Source of the DNA: an uncultured Gammaproteobacteria bacterium
GTDB taxonomy: Bacteria > Pseudomonadota > Gammaproteobacteria > GCA-001735895
Length of the DNA stretch: 64,000 nucleotides
Assembly (NCBI GenBank): GCA_964196115.1
Contig: CAXMRQ010000181.1
Span: forward strand, 223-64,222
Direction: 5' to 3'
In this document: positions 57,260 to 64,000 of the stretch, piece by piece
Layout: each line of letters starts with the position of its first letter
How positions within the stretch are numbered: the stretch's first letter is position 1
Program-made: the position numbers and the translations under genes
Notes under the pieces: model-generated
The model's database searches: none
Told to the model about the DNA's origin: nothing
The model's input: only the letters and a program-made list of their open reading frames with translations

Positions 57260-57984
57260 CGCGTCCCCGACTCAGGTTCAATTTCCCCACCCACAGTCGG
57301 CAGTTGCACTTCATCACCCATAATTTTGCCATCCTGCATCTTTATCAATCGCTTCGCATATACCATCACGCGTGTATCGTGAGTAGCGATAATGAAGGTG
57401 ATTTTATGATTCCGGTTCAGCTCGGAAAATAAATCCATCAATTGCGCGGATGCAACGCTATCCAGGTTCGCGGTGGGTTCGTCGGCTAAAACCAGTTTCG
57501 GCTTTGAGACGATGGCGCGAGCGACCGCTACGCGTTGTTGCTGACCACCAGAGAGTTGTGCGGGCCTGCGGTCTTGCATGCCTTCGAGCCCGACTTCCTC
57601 GAGGATATCCAGCGCCTTTTGCGCCCGTTCATGCGTGGCTACGCCCTGCACCTGCATCACGAATTCGACGTTTTCCTGCGCGGTGAGTACTGGAATTAAA
57701 TTGTAAGCCTGAAACACGAAGCCGATATTGTGCAGGCGCATATCGGCGAGTGGGCCTTTGGCTAGCAGATCCACACGGATTCCATCCATGTGGATTTCGC
57801 CGCTATCGGGTGTATCCAGACCGCCGATAGCGTTCAACAGAGTGGTTTTACCCGAACCCGATGGACCCGACAGGCAGACGAATTCGCCTTCGTCGATAGT
57901 GATATCAACATGATCAAGCCCGGTGATGATCTCATCACCTTGCTTGAAGGTCTTACACAACTGCTTGCATTGTATCGAACTCAT
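57256..57984 (-). CDS. ABC transporter ATP-binding protein (LolD/MacB-like)
   Basis: GPSGSGKT, LSGGQQQR, ADEPT and THD motifs. Confidence 0.92.
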   Translation of the reverse strand: MSSIQCKQLCKTFKQGDEIITGLDHVDITIDEGEFVCLSGPSGSGKTTLLNAIGGLDTPDSGEIHMDGIRVDLLAKGPLADMRLHNIGFVFQAYNLIPVLTAQENVEFVMQVQGVATHERAQKALDILEEVGLEGMQDRRPAQLSGGQQQRVAVARAIVSKPKLVLADEPTANLDSVASAQLMDLFSELNRNHKITFIIATHDTRVMVYAKRLIKMQDGKIMGDEVQLPTVGGEIEPESGTR

Positions 57985-58001
57985 GATTTCGTCCAGTCCT
58001 G

Positions 58002-59234
58002 TTAAGTCGTGTTAATTGCCTGCACCGGGTTCAGCTTCGCCGCCCGCCAGGCCGGTAATATGGCGGTCAGCGTACCGAGTAGAATCACCACGACATTGGC
58101 GGTAATCATATCGTCGAGTGTCAACGCCGGGTAAAGCATGCTGCTTGCGCCCATCATCGCCATGCCTTCGGCGAGGTAGGAAATATCCATTCCCGACTCC
58201 AGCGGTTTCACCGTAATGACTGCAAGTACATCGCCAATTGACAGTCCGATTAACAGCAATAGTAGCGATTCGAGTAAAATTTGATAAACGATCATGCTCG
58301 GCCGCATACCCAGCGCCTGGATGAGTCCGATTTCGCGCACGCGCTCAAAAACCGCCATCGCCAGCGTATTCACCAGGCCGAACGACAACGCGAGGAAAAT
58401 GATGATAATCCACACCAGCACGAAGCCATCCATCATATTTAGCATCGAGTTCAGATAACTGTCTAATTCGTACCAGGCTTTTATCTCCAGAGTTTCGGGG
58501 GTTGCCGCTTTGATTTTTTGATACAGTGTTTCTACGTTGCGAAAATCTTCATCGATAATGACGATTTCAGATATTTGATTGTCGAGCTTGAGCAATTTCT
58601 GTAGCGTACTGCGCGCCGTATAAACATTTAATTCTTCCAGACCGGGTACCTTCGCTTTATAAATCCCGACAATTCTAAAGCCGCGCTCTGCAATGTTATT
58701 TTCAGGATCCTGGCTCATCACCACGACGCGCTTACCCAATCGGGTTTCGAGTCGCTGTGCGAGTTTTACGCCGATGACAATGCCGCTGTCATCATCGGCG
58801 TTTAAAAAGCGGCCCTCGATGATTTGTTCGCCGATAGCGGTAATAAAATTCTCCGCTTCGGGTTCTACTCCGAGCAGATTAATACCCCTGCTTTCACGCT
58901 CGCTGGATATGACTGCGGGCACCTTGATGCGCGTCGTCCAATGTTTGGTGCCGGAGTCGTTGAGTGCGCCGAGTAACTCACCGCCCGGTGACGCGATACT
59001 ATTCACCACGCTTGGATCATCGCGAAATTCCGCATGATGAATTTGAATATGCCCGGGCAGGTTGCGAATCCCCTGATGCAGCATGTCGTCGACCATGCCA
59101 CGCATCAGTGCTGTCATGAAAATCATCGCCCAGACGCCGACCGAAATCGCCGCGAGCATGATTAGCGTACGCCGATGATTGCGCCATAGATTACGCCACG
59201 ACAGGGTTAGTATTACTTTGAAAGGTATATTCAC
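58002..59234 (-). CDS. ABC transporter permease (FtsX/MacB-like)
   Basis: WRNLWRNHRRT and ERVREIG...ALG motifs. Confidence 0.9.
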   Translation of the reverse strand: MNIPFKVILTLSWRNLWRNHRRTLIMLAAISVGVWAMIFMTALMRGMVDDMLHQGIRNLPGHIQIHHAEFRDDPSVVNSIASPGGELLGALNDSGTKHWTTRIKVPAVISSERESRGINLLGVEPEAENFITAIGEQIIEGRFLNADDDSGIVIGVKLAQRLETRLGKRVVVMSQDPENNIAERGFRIVGIYKAKVPGLEELNVYTARSTLQKLLKLDNQISEIVIIDEDFRNVETLYQKIKAATPETLEIKAWYELDSYLNSMLNMMDGFVLVWIIIIFLALSFGLVNTLAMAVFERVREIGLIQALGMRPSMIVYQILLESLLLLLIGLSIGDVLAVITVKPLESGMDISYLAEGMAMMGASSMLYPALTLDDMITANVVVILLGTLTAILPAWRAAKLNPVQAINTT

Positions 59235-60463
59235 ACCGCGCGCATCGCCTCGATGGGTAACAACAGGTACAAACGCGTAGCCGGATAAATCGCCGCCAGC
59301 ATACTGCCGATGGCGACGATGCCGGGCCCTAATACCAATGAAAGCAAAGTAACGCTGGGGTACATGCGATCAGGCAGATTGAACTTTACCGCCATCTCTT
59401 CCATGCCGGGGTAAGAAAACCCGACAATGCTTAAATAATAAGTAATCACGAAACCGACTAATATGCCGAGCGCCAGGCCCAGGCAGGACATCATGAAAGT
59501 CTCAGTCATCACCAGCCTGGATAAGTTTCCCGGGTTTAAACCCAGTGCCATCATCGTGCCGAATTCGCGCGTGCGCTCCAGTACCGACATCAACTGTGTA
59601 TTGAGCACACTGAACGCCACCAGAATAATCAACACAATATACATAAACCAGGCGCTGGTCATGTCGGCCTGAATCGCCTGCTTTAAACCGGGTTGCAATG
59701 CTTCCCAGTCGAGTACAACCAGCTTATCCCGTTCAGCCAGTAATGCCTGAATACGTTGTTGCAATTCGTTAGTCTGGTCAATATGGTTGGCCCGAATGGC
59801 GATGCTGTGCCCGTGTTTTTGCATCGCGAAAGTTTGCTGAAAATAGGGCAGGTTGATTTGCGCCATGCTGCGGTCAAGGTCCGGCAAGCCGGTTTCAAAA
59901 ATGCCGACTACCTTAACCACGGCCGCGGCAAACGAATCGTCAAAGCCACTGCCGAGAAAAGTGATCTCGTCGCCGAGGCCGACTTTTAAATTACGCGCCA
60001 GTACCGAGCCGATGACAATTTCCTCGGTGCCATCGTTTTGCAGGTAACGCCCCTTATTAATCAAACCGGGAATGGTCGAAACCAGGGGTTCGAACTGCGG
60101 CTCGACACCGAGAATTTGCAGACCATACGAGCGATCATTGCTCGAAGCCAAAGCAAAACCGGCTGCGCGTGCGCTGATACTCTGCAACGCCAGTTTATCG
60201 CGTAATTGCCCGGCGACTTCGGCGATGTCAGGCAGCGCATAACGCATTTTCGGGTCGTCGAAATAGGCCTCGTGCTGAACCTGAATATGACCGGAGAAGG
60301 CTTGCAGGGTATTGTTGATCATCATGTCGTAACTGCCGAATTGCAGTGAGATGCTGAACACCAACAGGCTGTTCGAAAAAACCATCGCACCGACAGTCAA
60401 CCAGGTACGGCGCTTATAACGCCACAGATTACGCCAGGCCAGTCGCAGCGCGATATTGCTCAT
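59231..60463 (-). CDS. ABC transporter permease (FtsX/MacB-like)
   Basis: WRNLWRYKRRT and ERTREFG...ALG motifs; paralog of the adjacent permease. Confidence 0.9.
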   Translation of the reverse strand: MSNIALRLAWRNLWRYKRRTWLTVGAMVFSNSLLVFSISLQFGSYDMMINNTLQAFSGHIQVQHEAYFDDPKMRYALPDIAEVAGQLRDKLALQSISARAAGFALASSNDRSYGLQILGVEPQFEPLVSTIPGLINKGRYLQNDGTEEIVIGSVLARNLKVGLGDEITFLGSGFDDSFAAAVVKVVGIFETGLPDLDRSMAQINLPYFQQTFAMQKHGHSIAIRANHIDQTNELQQRIQALLAERDKLVVLDWEALQPGLKQAIQADMTSAWFMYIVLIILVAFSVLNTQLMSVLERTREFGTMMALGLNPGNLSRLVMTETFMMSCLGLALGILVGFVITYYLSIVGFSYPGMEEMAVKFNLPDRMYPSVTLLSLVLGPGIVAIGSMLAAIYPATRLYLLLPIEAMRAV

Positions 60464-61254
60464 TGGCGTGGGTTGCGCAGGTTAGACAGGGTAAACAGGC
60501 TGGCCGCCAATTCAATGTCGAAATCGACAGAATTTACCGCCATATCAGTCCATTCGTCGGGTGCATCAACCTTATTCATACGCATACGAGTGGCGATTTC
60601 CCGGCCATCCATCAGCGCCACTTCGAGAGAATTCATTTCTTTCACCAGAATGTTGTCCTGATCCCAGAACTCCTGGCGCATCATCACGAAGTCGTCGCGG
60701 ATCACCGCAACCTCTTTCCCCCAGACTACCGCCGCGTCTTCGTGTGGCACCGACTCGATGGTGTAAAACAAGTGGCCCTCCTTTTCCTCGCTGTTAATCA
60801 ATCGGTGATCGTACTGATCGATAATATCGGTCGACTTGCTGATGTCCTTATTGGAAAAATCGCTACCCATCCAGCTTTGATTCATCATCGAGGACGGCAC
60901 TTTTATAATGCGATTGATCTTCGGCGAATAGCTCCACATATTCTGATCGAGGATCAAAGTGCCATTACCGGCATCTTTTTTAGGTTCGGTGACTCGCACC
61001 AGGGAAGTTTTATCGCCCTGCGTCCAGGCCTGCATCGACATCGTGCGCTGCCAGTCGCTACGATGCACCGTCATCGTCATATCTGAGTATGACGTCACTC
61101 CGCGCCAATGCTCCATCGCCGCACGAATTAGTTCCACGGGATCGGGAGGGATAACCTCATCGGCTACCAGGCTAGCTGAAAAACCCAAAAGGCCAGAGAG
61201 TAATAAGCCAAATCGTACTAGCTTACAACCACAATAAATTTTCATAAACGCCAT
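60460..61254 (-). CDS. LolA-like outer-membrane lipoprotein-sorting protein
   Basis: Signal peptide, SWMGSDFS.D and FTLSNL motifs. Start uncertain (61245-61269). Confidence 0.8.
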   Translation of the reverse strand: MAFMKIYCGCKLVRFGLLLSGLLGFSASLVADEVIPPDPVELIRAAMEHWRGVTSYSDMTMTVHRSDWQRTMSMQAWTQGDKTSLVRVTEPKKDAGNGTLILDQNMWSYSPKINRIIKVPSSMMNQSWMGSDFSNKDISKSTDIIDQYDHRLINSEEKEGHLFYTIESVPHEDAAVVWGKEVAVIRDDFVMMRQEFWDQDNILVKEMNSLEVALMDGREIATRMRMNKVDAPDEWTDMAVNSVDFDIELAASLFTLSNLRNPRQ

Positions 61255-61476
61255 CCATTTCCCTGTCATTCCCGGGCAGGAACGACGTAAATTAACACCT
61301 GAACCTAAGGTTTCAGGATTCAGTTAAACAAATACTAACAAAAAACAGTAAAATAACCTTGCGCCAGATCAATTCGTCCATATTTAATCTGGAGTATAAA
61401 AAGAGTGTATAAAAACGCAAAACATTCGGGGCATAACCTGAAGCCCTAACGGTAAATCTAAACCCAGGAGAGCAAT

Positions 61477-61839
61477 ATGAGTAACGATATAAAAGGCAAC
61501 ATAAAAAAACAATCCACCTGGATACGTGGTTTATACATGCTGTTGTTTACCATTTTTTCACGCATGGCCGAGGTCGTATTATTTGCGATTATTTTATTCC
61601 AGTTTATCTTCAAATTGTTGACCGGCGATACCAACGAACGCCTGCGTAAGTTGGGGCAGGGCCTGACTACTTATATTTATCAGATTCTCCAATTCCTGAG
61701 TTTTAACAGCGATGCCCATCCATATCCATTTGGCGCCTGGCCGGCAGGAGAGCCTAAAACAGAATCCGCTCCTTCTAAGAAAGCCAAAACGACTAAGCCG
61801 GGAAAAGCGGAAGCTCCAAAGAAAATCGAAAAAGAATAG
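61477..61839 (+). CDS. DUF4389-family small membrane protein
   Basis: W.RGLYM...QF...N..L...G...Y...PYPF..WP pattern; AGGAG SD. Confidence 0.8.
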   Translation: MSNDIKGNIKKQSTWIRGLYMLLFTIFSRMAEVVLFAIILFQFIFKLLTGDTNERLRKLGQGLTTYIYQILQFLSFNSDAHPYPFGAWPAGEPKTESAPSKKAKTTKPGKAEAPKKIEKE

Positions 61840-61852
61840 TTGAGTGAAAAGC

Positions 61853-61887
61853 TGTTTGATTCGAACCCTATCGGTTCGAATCAAACA
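61853..61887. terminator. Bidirectional hairpin between convergent genes
   Basis: Perfect 15-bp stem TGTTTGATTCGAACC / GGTTCGAATCAAACA. Confidence 0.75.
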
Positions 61888-61912
61888 CCCAAAGTACTAG
61901 CTTTACTACAGA

Positions 61913-62161
61913 TTAAATACCTAACAAAGCTTTAGCTTCCATCAATGTTTTGACGGAATCGGAGTGCTTCCCGGCCTTATGAAAGGCTTCTCCCTTATTA
62001 CGCAGCCCTTTGACTTTGTTAATCTCCGATTTGCTGAGTGACGGATAATTGCCCAACTCGGCGTCTATTTCCTTCACATGCCTGGGGCAGCTGCCTGCAA
62101 ACGCCGAGCCTGCGAACAAAATTGCACTGAGTGCGAGTACGCTGATATTAATTCTTTTCAT
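61913..62161 (-). CDS. Small exported helical protein
   Basis: Signal peptide ending AFA, then SCP...ID...G...H.AG.H pattern. Confidence 0.7.
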   Translation of the reverse strand: MKRINISVLALSAILFAGSAFAGSCPRHVKEIDAELGNYPSLSKSEINKVKGLRNKGEAFHKAGKHSDSVKTLMEAKALLGI

Positions 62162-62260
62162 AATTTGATCCTTATCGTCTAGTTTTTAGAAACGTTAACC
62201 GATGTACGTTTGTCATCAGCCAACTCCGGCTGGAGTAGCTATTCTCCACCTCGGCCGATC

Positions 62261-63148
62261 TTAAGCAAGTTTCTCATTGAAGAAATCGATGGTCCGTTGC
62301 CAGGCCAGTTTTGCTGCGGCCTCGTCATAGCGGGCGGTAGTGTCGTTATGAAACCCGTGATTAACCTCCGGGTAAATATGCGCAGTATATTCCATGTTAT
62401 TCGCTTTCAGTGCTTCCTCATATTCCGGCCAACCCACATTAATGCGCTTGTCGAGACCGGCGTAATGCAACAACAAAGGCGCTTTTATTTTGGCGACGCT
62501 TTCCGAGGATGGCTGACGGCCATAAAAAGGTACCGCCGCCGCGAGTTCCGGCAGTTGCACAGCCATCGCGTTTGACACGCCACCGCCATAGCAAAAACCG
62601 ACTACGCCGACCTTGCCGGTCGAATTGGAGTCGGACCTGAGATGCTCGAACGCGCCAATAAAATCCCACAGAAGTTTGCCTTTATCGAGCTTTTTCTGCA
62701 TCACCTTGCCTTCATCGTCCGTGCCTGGATAACCGCCCAACGAGGTCAGGCCGTCGGGTGCGAGCGCAACAAAACCGGCCACCGCCAGACGGCGTGCGAC
62801 GTCTTCGATATAAGGATTGAGCCCGCGGTTTTCATGCACCACGACAACGCCTGAAAGCTTGCCGGGATCACCTGAGGGAAGGGCCAGGTAACCACGTGTT
62901 TTGCCGTGCCCCCGGGGCGCGTAATAATCGATATATTCAGTCTTGATGCGTGAGTCTTTAGCATCGACCTGACTGGCGAGTGCATAATTTGGCAGCAGAC
63001 CCTCGACCAGAGCCGCAACAGTGACGCCGCCAACGGCATACTTCGCCGCCTTGTCGAAAAATTCCCGGCGCGTGAGACTGCTATGCGCGTATTGGTCGTA
63101 CAGATCTAGTAATTCCTGATCATAATCACTAGCTTTCTTGCGTTCCAT
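62261..63148 (-). CDS. Dienelactone hydrolase family (YghX-like) with Tat-like motif
   Basis: TRREF, HENRGLN, GFCYGG and HGFHND motifs. Start placed at MERKKAS. Confidence 0.9.
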   Translation of the reverse strand: MERKKASDYDQELLDLYDQYAHSSLTRREFFDKAAKYAVGGVTVAALVEGLLPNYALASQVDAKDSRIKTEYIDYYAPRGHGKTRGYLALPSGDPGKLSGVVVVHENRGLNPYIEDVARRLAVAGFVALAPDGLTSLGGYPGTDDEGKVMQKKLDKGKLLWDFIGAFEHLRSDSNSTGKVGVVGFCYGGGVSNAMAVQLPELAAAVPFYGRQPSSESVAKIKAPLLLHYAGLDKRINVGWPEYEEALKANNMEYTAHIYPEVNHGFHNDTTARYDEAAAKLAWQRTIDFFNEKLA

Positions 63149-63248
63149 GAAATTCCCTCCAGAAGTCAAATCAGACAGAGCCTGAATGTGAAAGATAATT
63201 ACCGACCCGAAAGAATAATCCTACTGCTCGAAAAAATCCAGATGCAAA

Positions 63249-63273
63249 AAAATGCATAATCATGATGCATTTT
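63249..63273. promoter_or_regulatory. Inverted repeat, possible regulator site
   Basis: AAAATGCAT-N7-ATGCATTTT about 100 bp upstream of the hydrolase gene. Confidence 0.35.
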
Positions 63274-63621
63274 CAGCAAGTAGTATGAAGCCACGATTCA
63301 TAATGAAGTTGCACGGCGTTCAACCTAGAAACCCCAGTTGGATCACGAAAGTATGCACAAGCTATTGACGTATCGGAATGCCGCATCACTGGCAAATCTA
63401 AAAAACCTCTCATCACCAATAAGGTGACCACGAGTTTTTCATATTCCCCATGCACATCAATACCGTGCACATCTTTTTCGCGCCCAACTGCGGTTTCTAG
63501 GTTCAACCGAGAATGACCCAGTCTATATCAACAGGTGTAAAAATATTCTTGGGACTAGAATTAGCATGCAGGTAACATAGCCTTTATAATTCTTATAATC
63601 CGAACGATATGGGAGAATAAC

Positions 63622-64000
63622 ATTTCAACCAACTACAAAATCCTGATTCTTGGCGCCTCATACGGTTCTCTGCTGGGATCAAAGCTCGCCCTCGCGGGAC
63701 ATACGGTGAAGCTTGTTTGCCTCCCGGAAGAAGCCAGACTGATCAACAAGGAAGGTGCCAGGGTGCGTTTGCCGGTAAAGGGCGTGGAAGGACTGGTGGA
63801 GTTGAATACCCAGACGATGCCGGGTGAGGTTTCAGCCGATGGTCCTGGAACGGTTAACCCGGCCGACTATGACCTGGTTGCGCTCGCCATGCAGGAGCCG
63901 CAATATCGTTCTCCCGACGTCAGAGACCTGTTGTATCGCATCGCTGAAGCGAAGATGCCCTGCATGTCGATTATGAACATGCCCCCACTGACATACCTGA
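63622..64000 (+). CDS. Rossmann-fold, ketopantoate-reductase-like protein, 3'-truncated; apparent ATT start (absent from the ORF track)
   Basis: Frame reads ISTNYKILILGASYGSLLGSKLALAGH...YDLVALAMQEPQY...SIMNMPPLTYL to the window end, with GGAG 6 nt upstream. Confidence 0.75.
   Translation, partial: MSTNYKILILGASYGSLLGSKLALAGHTVKLVCLPEEARLINKEGARVRLPVKGVEGLVELNTQTMPGEVSADGPGTVNPADYDLVALAMQEPQYRSPDVRDLLYRIAEAKMPCMSIMNMPPLTYL

Noticed and set aside
61359-61372. Possible FNR site TTGCG-CCAG-ATCAA upstream of the DUF4389 gene
   Set aside because: Only one half-site is intact; too weak without comparative evidence.
63273-63506. 77-aa ORF in the AT-rich gap
   Set aside because: No recognisable motif; it could be a decayed remnant, but I cannot support a call.

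Overview
This window is gammaproteobacterial-type chromosome (inferred from the rnfABCDGE-nth, metG/apbC and dcd gene order). It carries housekeeping genes, molybdenum/tungsten cofactor genes (probable end of a tungsten aldehyde oxidoreductase operon, moeB, mobAB, tupABC, moaB, moaA, fdhD) and three accessory inserts. (1) 3.5-7.9 kb: a TetR / trimethylamine-methyltransferase / StcD cassette bracketed by a decayed and an intact copy of nadC plus the clc 3' end. (2) 25.2-32.4 kb, the main candidate for a new system: a four-gene operon encoding a coiled-coil/beta-rich protein, a MotA-like and a MotB/OmpA-like membrane motor pair, and a 1440-aa DUF4011/UPF1-type SF1 helicase with a degenerate C-terminal nuclease-like domain. 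It is bounded by a 108-bp duplication of the pirin 3' end and resembles, but does not match, Zorya and Hhe anti-phage systems. (3) 40.3-44.6 kb: a DsrE-TusA-SQR-DUF1641 sulfur cluster with an FNR box and a RelBE-type TA module with integron-cassette-like ends, nested between 96-bp inverted repeats. Intergenic regions hold GTAG- and CGTC-type REPs, two MITE-like elements and nested 22-nt modules. Two genes appear to start at ATT. No rRNA, tRNA or CRISPR array was seen. All calls come from motif reading and recall; no database searches were run.
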